35,579 nucleotides of DNA from an uncultured Eubacteriales bacterium (lineage in GTDB: Bacteria; Bacillota; Clostridia; Lachnospirales; Lachnospiraceae), in assembly GCA_900321505.1 (NCBI GenBank), contig ONWK01000306.1, positions 1-35,579 on the forward strand. Reading direction: 5' to 3'. Each line of letters opens with the position of its first letter. Position 1 is the first letter of the stretch. Position numbers and translations under genes: made by a program. The notes below the pieces were generated by a model. That model made no database searches. It was not told the DNA's origin and saw nothing but the letters and a program-made list of their open reading frames with translations. Of the stretch, positions 18,456 to 28,100 are shown piece by piece.

Positions 18456-19856
18456 ATGGATAAAGATAAAAAAGATAACAGAGTGCCAGGTGTCCTGATA
18501 GCCGCACCCTCCAGCGGGAGCGGAAAGACAACCTTTACCACGGGGCTGATGGCGGCGTTAAAGGAGAAGGGACACAGGGTTTACGGCTATAAGTGCGGCC
18601 CGGATTTTATAGATCCCATGTATTATACCGGGGTTCTGGGAGTTCCCTGCAGAAATCTGGATACCTGGTTTACCGGAGAGGAAAAGACAAGGGAGCTTTT
18701 CATGGAGGGTACCGGGACCGGCGGGATAAGGATAGTCGAGGGAGTTATGGGACTCTACGACGGTGCTGCGGGAACGGAAAGAGAAGGCTCTTCGTATGAT
18801 CTGGCCCGTACCCTCGGACTGCCTGTGATACTGGTGGTAAATGCACGGGGTATGGGACGTTCGGCTGTGGCGCTGATCAAAGGCTTCTGTGATATGGATA
18901 CCGGAAACCTGATAAAGGGCATTTTTCTCAATAATACTGCCGAAACGCTGTACAGGAGACTAAAACCGCTGATAGAAAGTGAGACAGGCTGCAGCTGCCT
19001 GGGATTTCTTTCAAGGAATGAAAAGCTGCTCCTTCCCGAACGGCATCTGGGACTCGTGACGCCGGCGGGGAGAGAAGAAGCATATGCCGCATTTGCGGCA
19101 GCGGCCGGTGAGAGTATCGGAAATGCCCTGGACTGGGATAAGTTTTATGAAATCTCAGGTTATTTATCGGATATGACAGCTTCGGAAGAGGAAAGTATCT
19201 TGCCGGAAAAAGAAGAAAGGCCGGATTCCGTTTTGCTGGCTGTTGCGAGGGATGAAGCCTTCTGCTTCCTCTATGAGGATAATCTCAGGGAGCTGAAAAA
19301 GGCGGGAGCGGAGCTGTGCTTCTTTTCGCCGATAAGGGATAAAAGGCTGCCGGAGGGCATATCGGGACTGCTTCTTTCCGGCGGATATCCGGAGCTTTAC
19401 GCGGAAGAGCTTTCAGGAAACAGGGAGCTTATGGAGGATATAAGACGCAGTGTGCGGGCGGGGCTTCCCACTGTTGCGGAGTGCGGAGGCTTTATGTACC
19501 TTCAGGAAAGCATTTTTACCTTTGAAGGAAAGGAATATCCCATGGTGGGAGCGCTTCCGGGGATATCCGCAAGTAAAGGTCATCCGGTGAGATTCGGATA
19601 TGTTGAAGTCCGTGAGAAGGAACCGGCCTTTCTTCCTGAAGGGACAGGTCTCAGAGGGCATGAATTTCATTATTATGACAGCACTGAGAACGGTGATTCC
19701 TGCAGCCTGACCAAACCGGTGACCGGTAAAAGCCGGGAAGGGATAGTAACGACCTCAACTCTGTGGGCGGGTTTTCCTCACATTTATTATCCTGCGGAGC
19801 CGGTATTTGCTGAGACGTTTGTAAGTAAGATGAGGGAATATTCCCGGCAGCATTGA
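18456..19856 (+). CDS. cbiA: Cobyrinate a,c-diamide synthase
   Basis: SGSGKTT, KCGPDFIDP, EGVMGLYDG, ERHLGL, AECGGFMYL and GHEFHY. Confidence 0.95.
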   Translation: MDKDKKDNRVPGVLIAAPSSGSGKTTFTTGLMAALKEKGHRVYGYKCGPDFIDPMYYTGVLGVPCRNLDTWFTGEEKTRELFMEGTGTGGIRIVEGVMGLYDGAAGTEREGSSYDLARTLGLPVILVVNARGMGRSAVALIKGFCDMDTGNLIKGIFLNNTAETLYRRLKPLIESETGCSCLGFLSRNEKLLLPERHLGLVTPAGREEAYAAFAAAAGESIGNALDWDKFYEISGYLSDMTASEEESILPEKEERPDSVLLAVARDEAFCFLYEDNLRELKKAGAELCFFSPIRDKRLPEGISGLLLSGGYPELYAEELSGNRELMEDIRRSVRAGLPTVAECGGFMYLQESIFTFEGKEYPMVGALPGISASKGHPVRFGYVEVREKEPAFLPEGTGLRGHEFHYYDSTENGDSCSLTKPVTGKSREGIVTTSTLWAGFPHIYYPAEPVFAETFVSKMREYSRQH

Positions 19857-19873
19857 ATGATCGGAGGAAAAGG

Positions 19874-20113
19874 ATGGAAGCAGTTTATTTCGAGCACAGG
19901 GACTGCCCCTATTATCCCTGCCATAAAGATATAGCCGGGATCAACTGTCTTTTCTGTTACTGCCCGCTCTATCATAAGGAGAACTGTCCAGGAAATCCGG
20001 TATGGAAGGAAAATGAAGGACACAGGATCAAAAGCTGTATAGACTGTACATTTCCTCATAAAAAGGAGAACTATGAGGCCGTTATACAGTGCTTAAGGAA
20101 CGAAGACCGCTGA
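19874..20113 (+). CDS. Cysteine-rich small domain protein
   Basis: CPYYPCH...NCLFCYCPLY...C...KSCIDCTFPH; GGAGG RBS before ATG 19874. Confidence 0.85.
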   Translation: MEAVYFEHRDCPYYPCHKDIAGINCLFCYCPLYHKENCPGNPVWKENEGHRIKSCIDCTFPHKKENYEAVIQCLRNEDR

Positions 20114-20132
20114 GGAGGCAGGGCTTTTTCAC

Positions 20133-20160
20133 TTGTGTTTTTTTAATAACAGATTATAAT
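20133..20160 (+). promoter_or_regulatory. Putative sigma-A promoter of trkAH
   Basis: TTGTGT-N16-TATAAT in an AT-rich intergenic region. Confidence 0.55.
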
Positions 20161-20208
20161 TATTGACAGATCGTTGATCGGTCAAAGACGGTTAAAAGGA
20201 CAACAGAT

Positions 20209-21570
20209 ATGAATATTCTTATAGCAGGCTGCGGCCAGGTGGGACGTTCACTTGCGGAGCAGCTATATAGGGAAGGTCATGAGGTTACCGTGATGGATAC
20301 GGATTATTCCGTGGTGGAAGCGGCAACGGCGGCTAGTGATGTTATCGGATTTCAGGGAGACTGCACCAGCCTTTCAGCCCAGATGGAAGCCGGGATACAG
20401 GATATGGATATTCTGATAGCGGCTACCAATCAGGATGAGAAGAATATGTTGGCATGCCTCATAGCAAAAAAAGCGGGTAACTGCCAGACCATCGCGAGAG
20501 TGCGCGATCCCCAGTATCTTGATGAGATATTTTTCCTCAGGGAGGAGCTGGGACTGTCCATGTCCATAAACCCCGAACGGGTTGCTGCAGATGATCTGGT
20601 GCGGCTTATACAGATTCCTTCGGCTCTGGAGGTGGATACCTTCGCCAAGGGAAAGGTAAGCCTTATCAGGCTGGTTATCCCGGAGGGGTCGGTACTTGAT
20701 GGACTATATCTGAAGGATTATTCCTCAAAGGTGGGTTCTGCTGCACTGATCTGTGTAGTTGAACGTGGCAAGGAGGTTACGATCCCGGGCGGTGATTTCC
20801 AGCTTAAGGCCGGAGATTCCATATCGCTTACTCTTTCTCTGGCAGATCTGAACGGTCTTTTGCAAAAGACCGGGATAAAGGCCAAAAAGATCAGAAATGT
20901 GCTGATCGCCGGCGGAGGAATGATAAGCTATTATCTGGCAAAAAAACTGATAGAGCTTAAGATATCGGTAAAGATCATAGAGAAGGACCCGAAGAGGTGT
21001 GATGAGCTTGCGGAGGTTCTTCCGAAGGCAATGGTGATCTGCGGGGACGCTACGGACAAAACCCTGCTGCTGGAGGAATCCATAGAGGATATGGATGCTG
21101 TATGCTGCCTTATGGGACAGGATGAGGCAAATATCCTTCTTTCCCTGTATGTATCAAAGATAAGTGATGCGAAAAAGATGATCAAGATCCACCGGGACTC
21201 CTACGAGGATATGGTGGGGGATCTTCCCGTGGGTACGATCATTTCTACAAAGAGGATCACGGCGGAATATATCACAAGATTTGTACGTTCCATGCAGAAC
21301 AGCGTGGGAAGCAACGTGGAGGCTTTATACCGGCTGATGGACGGAAGAGTGGAAGCTCTGGAGTTCAATGTCGGAAAAAATTCGCAGGTTACGCATGCGG
21401 CTATCAGGGAGCTGAAGATACGAAAGAATACACTGATCTGCTGTATCAACCGTAAGGGCGCGATCATCCGGCCCGGCGGAAATGACAGGATAGCAGCGGG
21501 AGACAGTGTTGTTGTGGTAACTACCGAACATGGCGTGAACGGGATCGACGATATCCTTGAAAAGTGGTAA
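20209..21570 (+). CDS. trkA: Trk potassium uptake regulatory subunit
   Basis: Two RCK units (IAGCGQVG and IAGGGMIS), plus ARVRDP and SINPE; 453 aa. Confidence 0.93.
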   Translation: MNILIAGCGQVGRSLAEQLYREGHEVTVMDTDYSVVEAATAASDVIGFQGDCTSLSAQMEAGIQDMDILIAATNQDEKNMLACLIAKKAGNCQTIARVRDPQYLDEIFFLREELGLSMSINPERVAADDLVRLIQIPSALEVDTFAKGKVSLIRLVIPEGSVLDGLYLKDYSSKVGSAALICVVERGKEVTIPGGDFQLKAGDSISLTLSLADLNGLLQKTGIKAKKIRNVLIAGGGMISYYLAKKLIELKISVKIIEKDPKRCDELAEVLPKAMVICGDATDKTLLLEESIEDMDAVCCLMGQDEANILLSLYVSKISDAKKMIKIHRDSYEDMVGDLPVGTIISTKRITAEYITRFVRSMQNSVGSNVEALYRLMDGRVEALEFNVGKNSQVTHAAIRELKIRKNTLICCINRKGAIIRPGGNDRIAAGDSVVVVTTEHGVNGIDDILEKW

Positions 21571-21633
21571 TGATACGATGTACGGGATTCGTTTTTCGAT
21601 ATTGCCGCGGGGTATTTGACTGAGAGGCATTTC

Positions 21634-23070
21634 ATGAATTACGGTAAAATAATACATATTATCGGTGTGCTGCTGCAGGTTGAAGGAACTCTGATGTTCC
21701 TTTCCGTGATCGTTGCCTGGATCTATGGAGAGGACTGCTGGATGTACCTCTGCGCAACCTCCGTCGGAGCCGGAATTCTCGGAACCCTGCTCCGGCTGAA
21801 AAAAATGAAACGAGAAAAGTTTCATGCCAAAGAGGGCTTTGTAATAACTGCAATCTGCTGGGTCGTTCTCAGTGTGGTGGGTGCGCTTCCATTCTTCTTT
21901 TCGGGGGCTATCCCTTCATTTACGGATGCGGTTTTTGAATCGGCATCGGGCTTCACCACCACGGGAGCCAGCATACTGAAGGACATTGAGGCCATGCCCC
22001 ACGGACTGCTGTTCTGGAGAAGCTTCACCCACTGGCTGGGCGGCATGGGTGTGCTGGTATTCATCCTTCTGGTAGTACCGTCAAATGCAGACGATATGTA
22101 CCTTATGAAAGCGGAAAGCCCGGGGCCTTCCGTGGAGAAGATGCTTCCGAAGGTACGGCAGACGGCGCTTGTACTATATGGTATCTATCTTGGACTGACA
22201 GTACTGAACATAGTTGTTCTGATCATCTGCGGGATGCCTGTTTTTGATTCGTTCTGTCTCTCCTTCGGAGATGCGGGTACGGGAGGCTTCGGTGTCAGAA
22301 ATGACAGTATCGCAGGCTATTCACCTGCCTGTCAGATAGTGATCACCATATTTATGTTCCTCTTCGGAGTAAACTTTAAACTGTATTTCCTGCTGCTCTT
22401 CAGGAAGTGGAAGGATATACTTAAATGTGAAGAGGTGAAATGGTACTGCATCATCTACTGCGCGATCACGGCTTTTGTTGTGGTGGGTATATTGAAGGAT
22501 GTCGGAGATTTCGGAACAGCCCTTCGTGAAGGCGCGTTCCAGGTATCTTCGATCATGACGACTACTGGATATTCCACAACGGATTTCAATCTCTGGAATG
22601 CCATGCCCAAGGCGATGCTGGTACTGGCTATGTTTATCGGAGCCTGCGCCGGAAGTACCGGAGGAGGAATGAAGGTAAGCCGGTGGATACTGTGGTTTAA
22701 ACAGGTCAGGAATGAGCTGTCACATTTCATCCATCCGAGAAGCGTGAAAAAGATCCGCCTTGAAGGAAAGGCGGTTGATCAGGAGACAATACGGACTGCA
22801 AATGTCTATCTTATGGCATATGTGCTCGTGTTTATCGTGTCACTGCTCATAATCAGCTTTGACGGCTTTGATCTGGAATCAACCTTTACGGCCGTGGCCG
22901 CGACCCAGAATAATATAGGACCGGGTCTCGGAGTTGTTGGTCCTGCGGGAGGATTCAGTGAATTCAGTATCCTCTCGAAGCTGGTGATGATATTTGATAT
23001 GATAGCAGGACGTCTGGAGGTATTCCCGATGCTGATCCTGTTTGCACCGTCCACCTGGAAGAAAATGTAA
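21634..23070 (+). CDS. trkH: Trk potassium uptake membrane subunit
   Basis: FESASGFTTTGAS, WLGGMG, GTGGF, TTTGY, GSTGGG, NNIGPG and GRLE. ATG 21634 preferred. Confidence 0.93.
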   Translation: MNYGKIIHIIGVLLQVEGTLMFLSVIVAWIYGEDCWMYLCATSVGAGILGTLLRLKKMKREKFHAKEGFVITAICWVVLSVVGALPFFFSGAIPSFTDAVFESASGFTTTGASILKDIEAMPHGLLFWRSFTHWLGGMGVLVFILLVVPSNADDMYLMKAESPGPSVEKMLPKVRQTALVLYGIYLGLTVLNIVVLIICGMPVFDSFCLSFGDAGTGGFGVRNDSIAGYSPACQIVITIFMFLFGVNFKLYFLLLFRKWKDILKCEEVKWYCIIYCAITAFVVVGILKDVGDFGTALREGAFQVSSIMTTTGYSTTDFNLWNAMPKAMLVLAMFIGACAGSTGGGMKVSRWILWFKQVRNELSHFIHPRSVKKIRLEGKAVDQETIRTANVYLMAYVLVFIVSLLIISFDGFDLESTFTAVAATQNNIGPGLGVVGPAGGFSEFSILSKLVMIFDMIAGRLEVFPMLILFAPSTWKKM

Positions 23071-23090
23071 AAAATGGAAGGGAGTGTATT

Positions 23091-24158
23091 ATGACTTTAA
23101 AAAAGAAAAGACCTGTTTTTAGAAAGATATTTACTGTAACCCTGATGGCAGGGATAATGCTTCAATCCTCCGCGGCATTTGCGGACACACTCTGGACAGA
23201 GGATGAGAAGGGTTACAAATATACAAACGAAGACGGAACATTTCTCAAAAATAAGTGGAAGAAGGCAGACGGAAACTGGTATTTTATGAATTCAGAGGGA
23301 TACCGTGTGACCGGATGGAAGAAGATCTCAGGAAAATGGTACTATTTTGATAAAGAAGGCGTCATGCAGACAGGGTGGATTAATCTTTCGGGAAAGACCT
23401 ATTATCTCAGCGAAGACGGCTCCATGGCGACCGGAGAGGTTGTGATAGATGAGGTCATATATACCTTTGATGCCGGCGGTGCCCTGACAGACACCGGGGA
23501 TACAGAGGAAAAAGAAGAAAAAGAAGAAAAAGAAGAGGAGAGCGAAGTCCCCGGAGTTCAGTATACTGTGGGAAGTATCGTTACCTTCGGAAGCTATGAG
23601 CAGGATGCAGATATAGATAACGGCAGGGAAGCCATAGAGTGGATGGTGCTTGATGAGGATGATGAAGGATATCTTCTTCTTTCACTTTACGGACTGGATG
23701 TTCAGAGATATAACAGAAAGTGGGCAGCAGTAAGCTGGGAGAGCTGCACGCTCAGGGCATGGCTTAACGATACATTCTACAATACTGCATTCTCGGAGGA
23801 GGACAAGGCACTTATTCTTACGACCAGCTTAAGTGATACAAAGAATTCAAAGTACGGTACCGAAGCAGGACCTGAAACAAGCGATAAAGTATTCCTTCTG
23901 AGCATAAACGAGGCAAATAAATATTTCACATCGAATTCTGCAAGAATGTGCATGCCCACAGCGTATGCTGATCTGCAGGGCGCATGGCATTCACAGGCGA
24001 CTTCCACCATGATGAACGGCTGGTGGTTCCTTCGTTCGCCCGGCGGCAATATGCAGCATGCGGCAGGAGTCAGCACGGCCGGAAATGTGGATATTTACGG
24101 GAATCATGTGAATTTTGATATGGCATCCGTAAGACCTGTGATCCGTGTTAAAAAATAG
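23091..24158 (+). CDS. Secreted protein: signal peptide, cell-wall-binding repeats, acidic linker and DUF6273-like C-terminal domain
   Basis: Basic-hydrophobic-AFA signal, WYF/WYYF..G.M.TGW repeats, FGSYEQD..IEW.VL, DKVFLLS and WWFLRSPG...VRP. Confidence 0.75.
   Translation: MTLKKKRPVFRKIFTVTLMAGIMLQSSAAFADTLWTEDEKGYKYTNEDGTFLKNKWKKADGNWYFMNSEGYRVTGWKKISGKWYYFDKEGVMQTGWINLSGKTYYLSEDGSMATGEVVIDEVIYTFDAGGALTDTGDTEEKEEKEEKEEESEVPGVQYTVGSIVTFGSYEQDADIDNGREAIEWMVLDEDDEGYLLLSLYGLDVQRYNRKWAAVSWESCTLRAWLNDTFYNTAFSEEDKALILTTSLSDTKNSKYGTEAGPETSDKVFLLSINEANKYFTSNSARMCMPTAYADLQGAWHSQATSTMMNGWWFLRSPGGNMQHAAGVSTAGNVDIYGNHVNFDMASVRPVIRVKK
23508..23534 (+). repeat. In-frame tandem repeat (GAAAAAGAA)x3
   Basis: Three exact 9-mers encode the EKE linker. 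Confidence 0.85.
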
Positions 24159-24166
24159 CAGGCAAT

Positions 24167-24210
24167 AAAAAAGAGGCAGTCACGCCATAGTGGTGTGCTG
24201 CCTCTTTTTT
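24167..24210. terminator. Bidirectional intrinsic terminator
   Basis: AAAAAAGAGGCAG-TCACGCCA-TAG-TGGTGTG-CTGCCTCTTTTTT between convergent genes. Confidence 0.9.
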
Positions 24211-24217
24211 CATGAGA

Positions 24218-24856
24218 TTAAAGCTCTTTCAGTCCTCCGGCGGATACAATGCCGTCCAGCTTCTTGCCGCTCTGGCAGAAGGGGCAGGAATGGGAGCTGA
24301 AGGAGGTGTAACCCTCAACATCCTTTGCATGGAAGATGGAATGAATGGGATATCCGCTGATCTCATCGGTAGCTGTGAAAATGGATGAGATGCCGGCGAT
24401 AACTCCACCGTAATAGTCTATACATTCCAGTGCCTTCTCCACGGTATGACCGGTGGTGGCGGTAGCAAGAAGCAGGAGCACATGCTTTCCGCGGACCATG
24501 GGAATCACATTATCCGGGAAGGTCAGCTGTCCCATGGCATTCTGCTCGGGAGTGATAACATAGATCGTTCCGTGGGCGTTCATGCACATGATACCGGATG
24601 AAGTAAGGTCATCGGCCAGGTATGCGCCTATCACATCAGTACCGTCCATGCAGATGATAACATCCACGATGGTAGTTGCAAGATATTCGGAACACATGGA
24701 CTTTGCAACGGCCTTTGCCTCGCTGCTGCGGGCTTTAAGGGTTGTAAGATCGATGTAGGCATTGATGTGTGAAGATGATGTTGCAAAGTGACCCGGAGTA
24801 ACCTTGAGATTGATAAGGTTGTTGTATGGTGAATTGATCTTGAAGCTGGTAGGCAT
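24218..24856 (-). CDS. Type I phosphoribosyltransferase-fold protein (PyrE-like, degenerate)
   Basis: GHFATSSSH.N.YID, GKHVLLLLATATTGHT and C-terminal CPFC; AAGGAG RBS. Confidence 0.75.
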   Translation of the reverse strand: MPTSFKINSPYNNLINLKVTPGHFATSSSHINAYIDLTTLKARSSEAKAVAKSMCSEYLATTIVDVIICMDGTDVIGAYLADDLTSSGIMCMNAHGTIYVITPEQNAMGQLTFPDNVIPMVRGKHVLLLLATATTGHTVEKALECIDYYGGVIAGISSIFTATDEISGYPIHSIFHAKDVEGYTSFSSHSCPFCQSGKKLDGIVSAGGLKEL

Positions 24857-24888
24857 ATTAATCTCTCCTTTTAGTAAAGATTGGCCGT

Positions 24889-24937
24889 CCTGCGATCCGG
24901 ATGCTGTTCATCCGGAGTCGTGGTGCTGAACAGCTAC
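24889..24937. repeat. Palindromic repeat, copy 2 (left outer arm missing)
   Basis: CCTGCGA-TCCGGATG-CTGTT-CATCCGGA-GTCGTGGTG-CTGAACAGCTAC. Confidence 0.9.
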
Positions 24938-24941
24938 AAGT

Positions 24942-24970
24942 ATTTTATAATATTTCAGCTGATTTCACAA
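24942..24970 (-). promoter_or_regulatory. Putative sigma-A promoter of the PRTase-like gene
   Basis: Minus strand reads TTGTGA-N17-TAAAAT. Confidence 0.55.
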
Positions 24971-25022
24971 GGAAAAAAGAGGGTGATTTTATATGCCATG
25001 CAGATGTAAAAAAAAAGTCATA

Positions 25023-25033
25023 TGTGTTATTAT
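25023..25033 (+). promoter_or_regulatory. Putative extended -10 promoter of addBA
   Basis: TGTG-T-TATTAT (TRTGn plus -10); the -35 is weak. Confidence 0.5.
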
Positions 25034-25039
25034 GGGAAC

Positions 25040-25106
25040 GTAATTATTCAGTAACCCTGCGCTCCGGATGCTGTTCATCCGGAGTCGCAGGGCGCTGAAC
25101 AGTTAC
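25040..25106. repeat. Palindromic repeat, copy 3 (complete, 67 bp)
   Basis: GTAATTATTCAG-TAACCCTGCG-CTCCGGATG-CTGTT-CATCCGGAG-TCGCAGGGCG-CTGAACAGTTAC. Confidence 0.92.
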
Positions 25107-25133
25107 CTGATATTTTAAAAGCTGCCGGGGAGG

Positions 25134-28100
25134 GTGAACATTTTGAAAAGGGCAGAAGTAAAGATCATGACAGGTCCTGCAGGATCGGGAAAGACAAGGG
25201 TATGCTATGAACAGCTGGTGGATGCCGCGGCAGAAAGACTGTCGGAGCATTTTTATCTGATCGTTCCGGAGCAGGCGGGAAGCAGTACAGAACAGCGGCT
25301 TTTGGCGGTGAACCGGGAAAGAACGGACAGACCGGGTTTTTTCAACCTGGATATTTTCGGCTTTTCAAGGCTGGCCCATACTGTTCTTTCGGATGCAGGC
25401 GTTGATACCGGGGAAGTGCTGGGAGAGTACGGGAAGACCATACTTCTGCGCTCAGTTATGGCAAGGGTAAAAAAGGAGCTTAACATATATCAGGGAAGCG
25501 TAGACAGAAGGGGCTTTGTGGACGAGATAAAATCACTTGTGTCGGAATTCCTTCTTTTTGACATCAGTCCGGAAGAGCTTGAAGAAGCGGCATCCCGGCT
25601 GGGGGCGGAGGAACGGCAGCTGCAGCGGAAGCTGGCGGATGTCATAACGATCTACAGGGCATTTCGTGAAGATCCTGTATTTACGGGTAAATATATGGCT
25701 GCAGAGGAGCTGCAGGGCTTCTTTGCGGGCTTCCTTTCGGAAGAAGGAGAAAAAGGCTCTGTTGACGGCGCTGTGTTTTATTTTGACGGCTTTACCGGAT
25801 TTACTGCCGGACAGAGGAAGGTTATCACACAGCTTGCAAAGAGGGCTTCGGAACTGCATTTTACCATAACCATGGATAATGATGACAGTACGACGGGTAT
25901 GTTTGTGCAGAGCCGGGAAATGCTGCAGCAGCTGATGAAGATCGCTCCGGATGCAAAGATCATCCTTCAGGAGAGGCCGCAGAAGGCCGGAAGACTGGCG
26001 CATCTGGAAAAGCATGCGTTCCGTTTTCCCGTACGTGAATATAAAGGTGAGGAAGGAAATGATCTAAAGGTATGGAAGGCTGAAAATCCTCTTGAGGAGC
26101 TCAGGATCATAGCAGAGGATATAGCCGGGGGAGTACGCGCCGGAAAATGCAGATACAGGGATAATGTTATACTTACTCCCGATCCGGCGGGGCTTCAGAG
26201 TTATCTGGATCAGGTCATGCGGGAATATGAGCTCCCGTATTTTATGGATACTACACGCAGCTTTACCAATAATCCCATCATAGATGCACAGCTGCTGGCT
26301 CTGGAGATAATTGACAGGGATTTTGCATATGAACCGGTATTTTCATTCCTTAAAACCTCAGCGTTGGATGCGGTACTTGCTGCGGAGGGAATAGATCCCG
26401 GTGTGGTGGAAATGCTTGAGAATCATGTTATCGCCCATGGTATCCGTGGGAGAAAGCTGTGGGGAAAAACGGTAATGCATTTTACCGGAAGAAGGGAACC
26501 GGGGGAGGAGGAAACCGTATCACTGCAGAAGATGGAGAGGCTCAGGCTGCTCTTTCTTGATATACTTAAGCCTCTTTCTTCCTTTGCGGGAGAAAAGGAG
26601 GTTCCTGTGAACCGTATGCTGAAGGGACTGCTTCAGCTGGCTGATGATACCCGCCTTATGCTTGAAGAGCGTGAGGAAACAGCGGAAAAGGAGCTTACCC
26701 GATATGGTTATCTGGCGGAGGCAAGGGCATACCGGGGACTTACGGAAAAATTCAGACAGGTACTGCAGAAAACTGCTGATATACTGGGTGAGCTTCCGAT
26801 GTCGATACATGAGCTGAGAGAAACGCTGCTTGCAGGCGCAGCAGAGCTGCATCTTGGCGCGATACCTCCCACACTGGACAGAGTGCTGATAGGAGATCTT
26901 ACAAGAACAAGAACCGATGCCGTAAGAAATGTATATATAATCAATCTTAACGAGGGCATCTTTCCGCGGCCGGCTGTCAGCGCGGGTATAATAAACGACA
27001 GGGACAGACTTACTCTGGACCGTCTGATAAATGATAAGGAGCTGGCTCCCGGTGAAGGAAGGAAAAGGGAGGAAGAACAGTTTTCACTTTATCTTGCCAT
27101 GAGCAGGGCCGTGGAAAGGCTGGTGCTCAGCTTCAGTGCGTCAGGACGCAGCGGCGGGGAGCAGGAGCGGTCATACCTGCTCGGCCGTATCATGAGGCTT
27201 TTCCCGGGACTCCGGGAGGAGATAAGAGTAAGAAAAGGGCTGTCGGGTGTCAGGATCCCTGACCGTCTCAGATATATGAAGCTTAAGGAGGAGCTCAGGG
27301 AGGGCAGGCTCGATCCGCAGGAGGAAGAGCAGTTTACACTTCTCGGACAGAGCTTTCCCGAACTGGAGCATCTGGGCGTGAGAGACCGGCAGGGAGATGA
27401 GAAGCTTCCGCCAGAGCTGATGAGCGAGCTGAAGCTCAGCATCTCGGTATCGGGCATGCAGAAATATGCCGGCTGTCCTTATTCATATTTCCTTCAGTAT
27501 ATCCTGGGACTCATGCCGAGAAGGGAGCATGATATACAGGAAAAGGATGTGGGAACGATACTTCACAGGGCGCTTGAGCTGTTGTTCCGGGAAATGAAGG
27601 ACGAAAGAAAAAATGACTGGAAGGGCATTTCCGGGGAAGAGCTCTCCGCCATGACAGTGGAAAAGGTGCGCGCGGCGGCATACGAGTCGGAGCTGATAAG
27701 GAAGGATGACATGGAGGAAACCCCCGGAAAAGCGGTACAGGTACTTCAGCAGCTGGAGGAGCTGGCAGTGGTCAGCGCACAGGTACTTAAGAGACAGCTG
27801 CAGGAGAGCAGTCTTTTACCTGAGGTTATGGAAGGCAGCTTTGAAGCCGAATTTACTGCAGACCGTCCTGACGGATCTCCGGAGACGGTCCGGATACGTG
27901 GAGTGATCGACCGACTGGATATGTTCCGGGATGAAGAAGGAACAGCTTATCTCAGGCTGCTGGATTATAAAACGGGTGATAAAAAGCTGGATCCCAGAGA
28001 TCTGCGGGACGGCAGAAATCTTCAGCTTGCGATCTATACAAAGATCCTTTCCGAATGGGCCGCAAAAAATGCAAAGGATGCGGTGCCTGCCGGTATGTAT

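Noticed and set aside
24889-25106. Copies 2 and 3 as a mini CRISPR array
   Set aside because: Only two units, an intervening segment of about 100 bp containing promoters, dispersed copies elsewhere, and no cas genes.
24901-25250. Short ORFs 24901-25098 (+) and 25044-25250 (-)
   Set aside because: They are read through the repeats and promoter block and have no convincing RBS.
25943-25965. GCTCCGGATGC...CATCC inside addB resembling the repeat core
   Set aside because: In-frame coding sequence without the 12-bp arms; likely chance.
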